This document shows, piece by piece, positions 1 to 9,900 of a stretch of DNA of 64,000 bases (positions are counted from its first letter, which is position 1; every line of letters starts with the position of its first letter). The stretch lies in NCBI GenBank assembly GCA_965657355.1, contig CBFHOE010000002.1, forward strand, positions 128,001 through 192,000. The letters are read 5' to 3'. The translations under genes and the position numbers were made by a program. Source of the DNA: Limisphaerales bacterium. Lineage in GTDB: Bacteria; Verrucomicrobiota; Verrucomicrobiia; Limisphaerales; JAJOIW01. The notes under the pieces are model-generated. The model did not search any database, was not told the DNA's origin, and saw only the letters and a program-made list of their open reading frames with translations.

Positions 1-140
1 CCAACCTTGGTTACCTCCTAAACAGACCTCTTAAATGGGATCCGAAAAAGGAGGAATTTATTGGAGATGAGGCCGCGAACAAACACCTTCACCGCAAAGC
101 GCGAGCTCCCTGGAACCTAGCCGAGCTTAATAAAGCATAG
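1..140 (+). CDS. 3' end of a probable Gfo/Idh/MocA family oxidoreductase (partial, truncated by window start)
   Basis: Frame from position 3 reads NLGYLLNRPLKWDPKKEEFIGDEAANKHLHRKARAPWNLAELNKA-stop (TAG 138-140). This matches the typical C-terminus of PVC/Bacteroidota Gfo/Idh/MocA proteins (L.WDP..E.F.GD..AN....R..R.PW). Absent from the ORF track. Confidence 0.7.
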   Translation, partial: NLGYLLNRPLKWDPKKEEFIGDEAANKHLHRKARAPWNLAELNKA

Positions 141-147
141 TGAGAAC

Positions 148-1368
148 CTATCTGCTCTTTATATCTACAGAAGAATAACTCTCCAAAGAATTGGATCTGT
201 CTTTCAATGGCAACATAACTTCTCGGCCATCTTGGATGTGCGAGTAAAAAACGGCATGCACTAGCTCAACTGTCTGTGCACCCTCATTAACCGAACACAC
301 AGGGGCTTTGTTAAGTTCAATCGCTGTTAACAAATCATCAACGGGTATATCGTGATTTTGCACCCCATTAATAATGCCTTGGTTTTGTTCAGCCATACCA
401 ATTCCATTTGTCGCAATTGGTTTCCATGAACGATTATCAGGAGAAACGCTAAGAGGATTACCCTCTTGAAAATAGGCTACGGGATCCCTATCGCAAAATA
501 TTCTTATGACCCCTTTACTACCTATGATGTTTAATCCAAACCCGTGGTTTTGAGTTTCATCATTTGCAATAGAATCAAAATAAGAGGCTATTCCTGAAGA
601 ATGCCAGTACCGGGCATGTATCTCATCACCTATGATTAAGCCGAGGTTTTCATTACCTTTCACTACATCATTCCTATTCGCCAGCCGACCTTTGACAAAG
701 CAACGAGCAGAGCATGATTCGACTGGGCCGCCAAAATAAGCCATTAAATCAAGGACATGTGTTCCAAGCACCCACAAATCTTCTCCACCACCGCGGTGAT
801 CCCCCTTCCCTCGACCGCGGATTTCTAGAATTTTTCCAAAGCGCCCTTCATCAAGGAAGTCCTTTATTAAATGAATAACTGGATGGTATCGATTCCTGTG
901 GGCAACCGCCATCTTAACTCCTGAAGTCTTGCAGAGCGACTTAAGAGTGTCAGCTTCAACCGGGGTTCTGACGAAGGGTTTCTCAATGTATATCCCCTTC
1001 ACACCACTTTTTATGGCTTCACTGCACATTTCAAAATGTTGATCTGGTTGGCGAGGACATACGGCAACGACATCAGGCCGCATTTCAGATAGCATTTTTC
1101 GATAATCATTGAATCCTCTGTCTTTTGGCAATTTCAACCTAGATATTGCATTACCCAAGCCATTACGATCTGGATCGGCAACACCGATAATATTTGCTTT
1201 TGGAGATCGGAGCCATACTGTATCGAGGCCATGGCCGTAGTTGCCCCTCCCCGTATGACCGATGATACAAACAGACCGCTTGGCCTGTGGTAAATTAGCA
1301 AGAGATCGATTGGCGGCTAATGCAAAACAACTCGATCCGCCCAATTTAAAAAAAGTTCTCCTCTTCAT
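148..1368 (-). CDS. Gfo/Idh/MocA family oxidoreductase with Tat signal
   Basis: Start refined to ATG 1368 (MKRRTFFK, twin-arginine motif). Rossmann-like CIIGHTGRGNYG, DVVAV, IYIEKP motif and GTHVLD. Confidence 0.88.
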   Translation of the reverse strand: MKRRTFFKLGGSSCFALAANRSLANLPQAKRSVCIIGHTGRGNYGHGLDTVWLRSPKANIIGVADPDRNGLGNAISRLKLPKDRGFNDYRKMLSEMRPDVVAVCPRQPDQHFEMCSEAIKSGVKGIYIEKPFVRTPVEADTLKSLCKTSGVKMAVAHRNRYHPVIHLIKDFLDEGRFGKILEIRGRGKGDHRGGGEDLWVLGTHVLDLMAYFGGPVESCSARCFVKGRLANRNDVVKGNENLGLIIGDEIHARYWHSSGIASYFDSIANDETQNHGFGLNIIGSKGVIRIFCDRDPVAYFQEGNPLSVSPDNRSWKPIATNGIGMAEQNQGIINGVQNHDIPVDDLLTAIELNKAPVCSVNEGAQTVELVHAVFYSHIQDGREVMLPLKDRSNSLESYSSVDIKSR

Positions 1369-1546
1369 ATCGAATTCAGACAAGTATAAGAATAGGATAA
1401 ATTCTACACCCATATTATTCAATTACTCGTTTTACAATGAGGCCAAGTCTAAACCTGACCACCAGGCAAAATCTCTTCCATATCTCTTCGTTTGCCCTAT
1501 CATCGTATTGATGATATTCCACGCTCAAATTCTCAAAGTTTTAAAA

Positions 1547-2926
1547 ATGAAGAAATTATTAGCTATCTTTCTCATGCTGTTTCTGCAGCCACAGAATGGA
1601 CTATCCAAAAATTTTGTTGTCGTTATCGCAGATGATTTAGCCTGGAATGATTTGGGCTGCTACGGACACCCGTTTATAAAAACCCCAAATATAGACCGCA
1701 TCGCATCTCAAGGATTAACTTTTACCAACGCCTACCTCACCACGAGCTCTTGCAGCCCAAGTAGATGTAGTATTTTGACTAGCCAATACCCCCATAACAC
1801 CGGGGCTGGTGAATTACACCTTCCATTGCCCAACAATAAGATAACTTTGGCAAAAGTATTAAAGGAAAATGGATACTACACCGCTTCGGCTGGCAAATGG
1901 CATCTTGGAAATCATATTAAAACCCACTTTGACAAAATATACAAAAAAGGTGGTGTTAGTGGAGCCGATGAATGGGTCACGTCGATAAATGAAGCCCCAT
2001 CCGACAAACCATTTTTCCTTTGGCTAGCGGCCTCCGACCCTCACAGAGGATACCGGCCCAACTCAATTTCAGAACCTCATTCGAAAGATGACGTCATTTT
2101 GCCTCCCTTTATACCAGACACACAAGAAATCCGTGATGACTTTGCTTTATATTACGACGAGGTTTCAAGGTTTGATGAATACATAGGGCGTATTCTAAAA
2201 GCTCTTGAGAAAAAAAAGGTTATGGACCAAACAGCAATTTTTATCATGTCGGATAATGGAAGGCCATTTCCTCGCTGTAAAACCACACTTTACGACAGTG
2301 GGATAAAAACACCTGTTATCGCCTTGATTCCAAAAGTAACAAAACCGGGTTCAAAAACCGAAAACCTTATTAGTTCGATTGACCTTGCTTCTACTATTTT
2401 AGATCTAGCCAATATTCAGCAACCCAAATCTTTTCAAGGTGTATCATTTGTGCCTCTATTGAAAGACCCGTCCAAAAGCGTCAGGCAATTTGTATTTGCG
2501 GAACATAATTGGCATGATTATATGGCTAGAGAAAGCAGTGTTAGATCAAAGCAATTTTTGTATATTTCAAATGATTTACCCCACCTACCCCTTACACCAC
2601 CTGCTGATGCCGTCAATTCTCCCACATGGTCTTCAATGAGAAAGTTATTATCCCTTGGAAGGCTAAACAATAAGCAATTTGATTGTTTCATATCGCCAAG
2701 ACCGCATGAACAACTTTTTGATACAGAGAAAGACCCCTTTCAATTGAACAACCTTGCAGAAGACCCCGATTATAAAATTAATTTAAAAGCCATGAGAGAA
2801 ACCCACGATAAATGGCGCATCTCTACCGAATACCCTACTAAAAATATTTCACAAATAACTCCGGACGGCTTTGATAGAGTTACAGGAAAAAAATTAATAA
2901 AAAAAGCTCACCCGTCATTCGATTGA
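1547..2926 (+). CDS. Sulfatase (formylglycine-dependent S1, sulfamidase/SGSH-like)
   Basis: Start refined to ATG 1547 (MKKLLAIFL signal peptide). IADDL, CSPSR (CxPxR), GKWH, DPHR and SDNG motifs. Confidence 0.9.
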   Translation: MKKLLAIFLMLFLQPQNGLSKNFVVVIADDLAWNDLGCYGHPFIKTPNIDRIASQGLTFTNAYLTTSSCSPSRCSILTSQYPHNTGAGELHLPLPNNKITLAKVLKENGYYTASAGKWHLGNHIKTHFDKIYKKGGVSGADEWVTSINEAPSDKPFFLWLAASDPHRGYRPNSISEPHSKDDVILPPFIPDTQEIRDDFALYYDEVSRFDEYIGRILKALEKKKVMDQTAIFIMSDNGRPFPRCKTTLYDSGIKTPVIALIPKVTKPGSKTENLISSIDLASTILDLANIQQPKSFQGVSFVPLLKDPSKSVRQFVFAEHNWHDYMARESSVRSKQFLYISNDLPHLPLTPPADAVNSPTWSSMRKLLSLGRLNNKQFDCFISPRPHEQLFDTEKDPFQLNNLAEDPDYKINLKAMRETHDKWRISTEYPTKNISQITPDGFDRVTGKKLIKKAHPSFD

Positions 2927-2952
2927 GTTAGTCTATCTATAGGAAAAAAAGA

Positions 2953-4425
2953 ATGAATTCAAAATTTGTGAAACTTCTAAAAATCAAATTCTTCTTCGTC
3001 ATTGCATCACTTTCAATTGTCGATCAATCAGCATATCCGTCTGAAGTAATCGAGAGTAATCACCCAAATATCATTTTCGTACTCGTAGATGATATGGGAT
3101 ACGGGGATTTGAATTGTTATAATCCTTCCTCAAAAATCCAAACGCCTAACCTCGATAAACTTGCTCAGGAAGGCATGAGATTTACCGATGCTCATTCCGC
3201 CGGAACACTTTGCCATCCATCTCGCTATGGACTACTGACTGGACAATACCCATTCAGGGCAAATCCAGGTGCTTGGAGAAAGCAAGCAACAATTGCCCCG
3301 GACCGTCTAACCATCCCAAAAATGCTGAAATCTGCAAATTATCGAACAGCTATGGTTGGCAAATGGCACCTAGGTTTTGATGAAAAATCGTATAAAGAGC
3401 CATTACCCGGTGGTCCGGTCGATAGAGGTTTCGATTCATTCTTCGGAATAAGAGCATCTACGGATATCCCTCCATATTTTTACATCAAAAACAACAAGGC
3501 CATCATGCCTCCAACCAATAAAATTGCTGCTAATAAATCACCAAATTGGTCCCCCATCCAAGGTGCGTTCTGGAGGGAAGGCGGAATCTCACCAGACCTG
3601 AAACTCGAAGACGTTCTCCCTAGATTTTTTAGTGAAGCCAATAAAGTCCTAGAAACACATAAGGTAAAAAATCACAATGATCCTCTTTTCCTTTACCTGG
3701 CGCTACCTGCCCCACATACACCATGGCTGCCATCGGACGAGTTCAAAGGGAAAAGTGAAGCCTCTATGTATGGAGATTTTGTCATGATGGTTGATTCCCT
3801 TTTTGGGAATTTGATAAAAACTCTCAGTTCATTGGATATGAATGAAAATACGATAATCATATTTTCGTCAGACAATGGCCCCGTTTGGTACGAGGAGGAC
3901 GTCGAAAGATTTAATCATGATTCCACCGGAGGATTTAGAGGGATGAAAGCGGATGCATGGGAAGGCGGACACAGGATGCCGTTCATAGTGAAATGGCCCG
4001 GAGTAGTTGAAAGTCACTCAACATGCAACCACACCATAAGTTTTGTTGATGTGTTGGCTACTTTAGCTGAGATTGTCAATGTACCACTTGAAGCGCAAGA
4101 GGCACCTGATAGTCACAGCTTTTTACCTCTGCTACGCCAATCATATAAATCCAATACTTCATTCAGAGCACCACTTGTAATAAAATCAGGATCCTCGTTG
4201 ATGACCATTCGCGAAGGAAAATGGAAGCTAATCACCGGGCTTGGTTCAGGAGGCTTTTCAAAACCCAGGTCAATCCAAGTCTCCCCAGGAGGACCAAAGG
4301 GACAATTGTATAATCTCAAATTAGACCCCTTCGAAACGAATAATCTTTACAGTCGACACCCTGAAATTGTCTCAAACCTTTCCAGAAAACTGGAAAAAAT
4401 CGTTGCAAACCCAATATCTAGGTAA
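2953..4425 (+). CDS. Arylsulfatase (formylglycine-dependent S1)
   Basis: PNIIFVLVDDMG, CHPSR (CxPxR), GKWHLG, PHTP, SSDNG and EGGHRMP motifs; N-terminal signal-like segment. Confidence 0.92.
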   Translation: MNSKFVKLLKIKFFFVIASLSIVDQSAYPSEVIESNHPNIIFVLVDDMGYGDLNCYNPSSKIQTPNLDKLAQEGMRFTDAHSAGTLCHPSRYGLLTGQYPFRANPGAWRKQATIAPDRLTIPKMLKSANYRTAMVGKWHLGFDEKSYKEPLPGGPVDRGFDSFFGIRASTDIPPYFYIKNNKAIMPPTNKIAANKSPNWSPIQGAFWREGGISPDLKLEDVLPRFFSEANKVLETHKVKNHNDPLFLYLALPAPHTPWLPSDEFKGKSEASMYGDFVMMVDSLFGNLIKTLSSLDMNENTIIIFSSDNGPVWYEEDVERFNHDSTGGFRGMKADAWEGGHRMPFIVKWPGVVESHSTCNHTISFVDVLATLAEIVNVPLEAQEAPDSHSFLPLLRQSYKSNTSFRAPLVIKSGSSLMTIREGKWKLITGLGSGGFSKPRSIQVSPGGPKGQLYNLKLDPFETNNLYSRHPEIVSNLSRKLEKIVANPISR

Positions 4426-4489
4426 TGATTCTCTATTGTGTAATTTCAAAGTTGATGAAACCTGTTTTTTTTAAAGATCTTTATATCTG

Positions 4490-4517
4490 TTGACTTTTAA
4501 GGACTGCCAAATACATT
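4490..4517 (+). promoter_or_regulatory. Possible sigma70-type promoter
   Basis: TTGACT (4490-4495), 16 nt spacer, TACATT (4512-4517), about 30 nt upstream of ATG 4550. Confidence 0.35.
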
Positions 4518-4549
4518 TGTAATCCACTTAAGGACCCCTCGTTTATTAT

Positions 4550-4996
4550 ATGAGTTCCAAAGTAACAAATGCTTTTGCCACAATAACAGAATGGATTTTA
4601 AAAATTGCTTTACTGGCAGTCATCGTTTGGCTTATTTCCATCGGATTGGAAAAATTTGATTCGGCAACTTTTCATAAAAAATTCGTTAACTATTCTATCC
4701 AAATGAATAGGAGGGCCCCAATAATGCTCGATGGTATCAAGGCTAGAATTGATTCAACTTTTTATACCAATAGCATTTTTTACGTGGATATGACTATTGG
4801 CGACTCCATTAAGGCGAATCCGCCTATTTTTGATATACACGCCAAAACAAGAGAACTACTTTCTGCCTACACTGGTCCAGACGACTTTGGAAACGCCGTT
4901 CAGACATACAGAATAACGACGACCTATAGATTTAATGATAAAAAGGATTTTCCACTCAAAGCAATGAATATTGACCACCGTGATTACTTCAAATAG
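4550..4996 (+). CDS. Hypothetical membrane-anchored protein
   Basis: 148-aa ORF with one N-terminal hydrophobic helix (WILKIALLAVIVWLISIGL), followed by a small soluble domain. Confidence 0.7.
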   Translation: MSSKVTNAFATITEWILKIALLAVIVWLISIGLEKFDSATFHKKFVNYSIQMNRRAPIMLDGIKARIDSTFYTNSIFYVDMTIGDSIKANPPIFDIHAKTRELLSAYTGPDDFGNAVQTYRITTTYRFNDKKDFPLKAMNIDHRDYFK

Positions 4997-5040
4997 ATCG
5001 TTGGTAATTATGTAAAACAATAAATTCGTTCCCTATTCCC

Positions 5041-5913
5041 ATGGCTAATAAATCTCAAGCACACTTTCATATTTTAAAGTTATCTTTGTTTCTTCTCATT
5101 TTTGCACCGTCACTGGGTCGTGCGCAGGTGGATGTGTCAATCTCCCTTTCAGACTCGCGAATACTTCAAGGTGAACCGCTTTATGGTTTCCTAAAGATTG
5201 TTAATAACGCCGGTAAAGATATTAAAGTTGGTGATTTTCCTGGATGGTTGGATATCGAAGTTGAACAAAAATCAGATGGAGTTGCTGTAAAAATTGGTTC
5301 CCTAACTCATAATGATGGGCTGTTAATCTCGGCGGGCCAATCCCAAAATATCCCATTGCAAATAAATGAACTCTACGACCTGATGACAGTTTCTCGCTAT
5401 ACGGTGACAGCGCGGTTGAGGATCCAGTCATTTGAAAATCCGTTTGAGAGTAAATCGCAATTTTTCGATGTCGTCTCGGGCACGAAAATTTGGAAGCAAA
5501 ACTACTCGGCGCCATCAATCTCTGGGATTGGGGGGACGCCGGCAGTATTCACATACAACCTCATGTCCAATACCGGCAGGCATGGCAAAAAGCTACTTTT
5601 TCAGATCAAAGATACTGATCCGGACCGCATTATTAGAACTGTCCCTATTTGCAAGATGATCTCGTTTTCAAAACCAGAAGCAAAGATAGATCCCGCTAGC
5701 AACCTTCATATTCTTTGCCAATATGGGAGATCTTCATACACCTACAATATATATAATCCAAAAGGGGATCTCCTTTTGCGAACAACTTATAAAGCGGACC
5801 CAGCCAAGCCTTTCCTCAAAAAAAATCTGGATGGGATAATAGAAGTGAAAGGAGGAAAAAGAATCCCCATGGAAACTGATTTTTTGCCAAAGTCACTGAG
5901 AGTTAAAAAATAA
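5041..5913 (+). CDS. Hypothetical exported protein
   Basis: 290-aa ORF with signal peptide-like LSLFLLIFAPSLGRA/QV and a beta-rich N-terminal part. No catalytic motif recognised. Confidence 0.75.
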   Translation: MANKSQAHFHILKLSLFLLIFAPSLGRAQVDVSISLSDSRILQGEPLYGFLKIVNNAGKDIKVGDFPGWLDIEVEQKSDGVAVKIGSLTHNDGLLISAGQSQNIPLQINELYDLMTVSRYTVTARLRIQSFENPFESKSQFFDVVSGTKIWKQNYSAPSISGIGGTPAVFTYNLMSNTGRHGKKLLFQIKDTDPDRIIRTVPICKMISFSKPEAKIDPASNLHILCQYGRSSYTYNIYNPKGDLLLRTTYKADPAKPFLKKNLDGIIEVKGGKRIPMETDFLPKSLRVKK

Positions 5914-5976
5914 ATCTGAATGGAATAATACATTGGTCAATTCATTCAGGAAAAATCGATTCCAATGACTACCGAG

Positions 5977-6933
5977 TTAGTCAGGTTTTAAAGCGGCATC
6001 ATTATACCATTGATATGTCTTTTTAAGACCATCTTTCCAATTTACTTTAATTGATAATTTAAAGGCTTCGATCGCTCTTGATATGTCAGCTTTGGAAGAT
6101 TTGATATCTCCTTCTCTCACCGGGAAGAATTCAGGTGTAATGCTTTGCCCTTTAATTTCCCCTAATTCTTTGATCAGGTCCAGAAGGGAGATAGAGGATC
6201 CAGTAGCCACATTAAAATATTTCCCAGCGACTTGATTTTCTGGAGCTTCAGCGGCAGCGATATTAGCAGCTACGATATTGTCAATATATGTGAAGTCCCT
6301 CGTTTGTAACCCATCCCCAAATACTTTTGGCTGACCTCCTTCGAGAACTATTGTGCAAAATTTTGCTATTACGCCAGAATATGGAGAGTCAAAAGCTTGT
6401 CTTGGGCCGAACACATTAAAATACCTGAGCCCGACAGTGGGTAACTTGTGAAAGTCAAACCACATTTGACCATATTTTTCTGAAGCATATTTCTGCAGCC
6501 CATATGGGGTTAAAGGCAAAGGAGGCAGGCTCTCGGATTTAATCTCCACGGGCTGATCTCCATATATAGCTGATGAAGAGGCAAACAGAAATCGTTTTAC
6601 TTTGGATTTCGCAGCTTGGTCCAAAAGTTTTATGGTGCCTGTGAGATTATCATCATTTGAAGTGACAGGCTCATTTATAGATCGAGGAACAGAAGGCATG
6701 GCAGCTTGGTGGAAAACCCAATCTGCGCCTTCCATAATCCGCGCCACTAGATCAGAGTCATTGATATTTGCTCTATAAAATTCGAGTTTGTGATCACTAC
6801 CCTTCCAGTTAAGGTTTTCCTCTTTGCCAGAGCTCAAATTATCAATCACTGACACTCGGAAGCCACGCTGACAGCAGGCTTCTGCTATGTGGGACCCGAT
6901 GAAACCGGCACCTCCTGTTACAACTACGTTCAT
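5977..6933 (-). CDS. NAD-dependent epimerase/dehydratase (extended SDR, UDP-sugar 4-epimerase-like)
   Basis: Start refined to ATG 6933 (MNVVVTGGAGFIGSH). ASSSAIYG, YGLQK (YxxxK), LRYFNVFGPRQ and GDGLQTRDF motifs. Confidence 0.92.
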   Translation of the reverse strand: MNVVVTGGAGFIGSHIAEACCQRGFRVSVIDNLSSGKEENLNWKGSDHKLEFYRANINDSDLVARIMEGADWVFHQAAMPSVPRSINEPVTSNDDNLTGTIKLLDQAAKSKVKRFLFASSSAIYGDQPVEIKSESLPPLPLTPYGLQKYASEKYGQMWFDFHKLPTVGLRYFNVFGPRQAFDSPYSGVIAKFCTIVLEGGQPKVFGDGLQTRDFTYIDNIVAANIAAAEAPENQVAGKYFNVATGSSISLLDLIKELGEIKGQSITPEFFPVREGDIKSSKADISRAIEAFKLSIKVNWKDGLKKTYQWYNDAALKPD

Positions 6934-6987
6934 TTTCAATAAAAAATAATTCTCATGAATATTAATCAACTAGAAACTGGATAACAG

Positions 6988-9900
6988 TTAATTTGTTGAA
7001 AGATAACTAAGAAGATTGGATAGGTCTTGGTTGCTAAGAATTTGATCAAAAGACGAAGGCATGAGCGATTGTGCTATAATGGACTCATCAACAATGTCAG
7101 CAGAATCCACTGAGAATTCATTTCCCTGAATATCAATAAATACTTTCTGCTGGCCATTGACATGTTTAAAAAGTCCAGTAAGGAGTTCCCCTGTGTCTAG
7201 TTCTATCATTCTCAACCGGAATGCCACGTCAAGGTTGAGACTTGGATATAGAATGTCCTCCAAGATTCTTGATCGGCCCCTGTTGGCTATTCCATCTAAT
7301 TGGGGGCCAATGAGCTTTCCAACATTATTAAATTGATGGCATATGGAGCAATGTAGTTTGAAAAGCTCCTCCCCTTTGACCAAATCAAAGGGTAATTCAG
7401 ATATATTTTTTTCAATTTCGGGAATTGTAATTTCACTATCGGATTTTGATCGAGAGAGCTGATTTCTCACTTCCATAAAATCCGCTTTTTTCTGCGCCGT
7501 AAAGTGTGGAGCGACTGCTTCCCAAAGATGTTCTTCTTTGAGCAGGAACTGAGAGGCGACCCCCATTTCTACGACTTTGGCGAGAAGGTTGGATCCTTTA
7601 TCATGTTTTACTAGACTGTTTGCACATCTTCTCTGCCATTGGAATTCCAAAATAGGAAAACCGTCCAAAACCATATCAAGGGCTTCTTGATTTGTTCTGG
7701 AGCTAGCCCATTCCATGAGCTCGCGAAAAAAACCGGGAGTCGTGCGACGTATGCCTTCAAGCCGCTCTTTGAGAGCACTCCAGAATTGGTCTGGTTGTTT
7801 TTTAGCCATTAAGTTAGCAAGGAGTAGTCTTGCTTGTGATGGTAAGTCGGGGCGCTGGAATAGATTATTCAGAAGTTCATCATTTGAAGAGGAATCAATA
7901 TTTTTAATACCTTCAATGACCTGAGACATTCTATTAAGGATTTGTCGGGGTCCTAAATCATCGACTTCCAATTTGGGATCGGAGAATCGACCTGCCGCTA
8001 ACCAGGCGTATGCCCCAGCGGCATCGCCGTCATGAATTTCAATATAACCGGTTTTTCCAGATTCTTCACGGAGCGCCCAAGTATACGGTTGGGCGAGATC
8101 GTTTCTGGGAGGGAATGATTTTTTGATAACTCGACCAGTTTTTGAATCGACCAACTGAATGTAATTTTTTTCATGGGGTTTATTTTCAGGATACCCAGAA
8201 TGGCCAGCCAAATAGAACGAAAGTTTACCAGGTATTTTGAATTCGTTACTTCGAAGGGTTCCAGTAAAGGACTCCCCCCCGTTGGGCAAAGAAGACATAA
8301 ATTTTTCATCATTTTTTCCATCTAATGATGATCTATTCTGGACGAACCAGGGAATATTTTTGTTTGGGTTGGAATAGTCCCTGAGGAAGCGAAATGATCG
8401 CAGTGGAAGAGATGTAAGATTCTCAAGACTAAACTTACTGATTTGATTTAAACGGCTTTTGATGGCATCGGGTAGCACATTAAATGAAATCCCTCTAGCT
8501 TTTGTCTCAGCAACCAGGACCTTCATTCTCTCGAGAGATTGAGTATGTGTATCATCAGTCGCGGCAGGGATCAGAGAGATCAACTTGACAAAATCATTGG
8601 GGGGAAGATTTTTTACTAGATGTAGGAATAAGGTATGAGAGTCTTTAAGATCAACCGTTAGATCAGAAATATTATTGGCAAGAAATTGAGATGATTTGGA
8701 AGATGGAATTGCTAAAAGCAACTCTTGTATATGTGCTAGATAATCTTGATTAGAAAAAAGTTCCTTTACGAGCTGGTAGTTATCCAGGGTTTTGACAATT
8801 TGCCTCAAAGAGAGCTTTACTCTGTGAGCTAGGTGATCATCTTTTTGGGGTATTTCCGATTTAAATTCAAGAAGCAACCTTAAGTACTTTGATTCTGGGT
8901 GACTTGATAAAGCAGCAGCGGCCACTCTCTGTACCATTGGAGACCGATCTCGAATGCCCTGAGCTAAAGACCGGGAGAGCACTTGACTAATATCTGGCCT
9001 TTCAGCACATATTTTGAATGCCTGCACCCGCATGTTTTCTTGTTTATCAACCATGGCATTTAAAATCCTGGCATCGGAGAGTTGCCCCAGCCTTTCTAGA
9101 CCCCAAAGTGCTAGAGGCCTCGCCATAGATGGGCTAAATTCGTTAGAAAGAATCTTATTGAATTCCCTAATCGCTCTGTTTGGGTGTTGATCAACTAAGT
9201 AGTTTAAAGAAAGCAACCGCCTCGTTTTGTTATGACTAGAAAGCTCTGAAACAGCTGAATGGATATTATCTTTGGATAGATTAAGACGTGGATAATTCCA
9301 GCGCTGTGACTCATTGTCCCCATTATAAGTAATCCTCCAGATTCGGCCTCTTTTTCTATCTCTTTTTGGATGATCGAGAGGCACTTCGTAGTGTCCGATA
9401 ATCTTATTGTAAAAATCGGCAACATACATGGCACCATCTGGCCCCCACCTTAAATCAACGGGCCTGAACCAGGGATCAGATGATACGACGAAGTCAATAG
9501 CTTCTTTTGCTTTGGGAGAGCTTCCTTCATAACGCATAACATCCCTATTAATCCTGCTAGTCATAACGTTTCCGACAAAGATATTTTCTTGATATTCTTG
9601 CGGCCATATTGGGTCATCGACCAAGACAAGCCCTGATATAGCAGTGGATCCGTGAATGTGTTGCATTACCTTGGGCGCAAATCCCAAACCATCATGAGGT
9701 TTTCCAAAACTCGGATAGTAAGCTCCTTTCATCAATTGATAAATTGGGAGCGTATGACAATCAGCCGTATAGAGAAACCCGAATTTATCGAAGTCAGAAC
9801 CAAATGGATTGACCTGCCCCCAAGTATACTGCTGAACCGTTTTTCCATCCAAATTCACCCTGTAGGTATTACCAGAATGAAGGTGAATTTCAGAACCATC

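Noticed and set aside
1262..1546. N-terminal 95-aa extension of the first sulfatase in the ORF track
   Set aside because: It overlaps the divergent oxidoreductase. A signal peptide begins at ATG 1547, so the extension is probably not translated.
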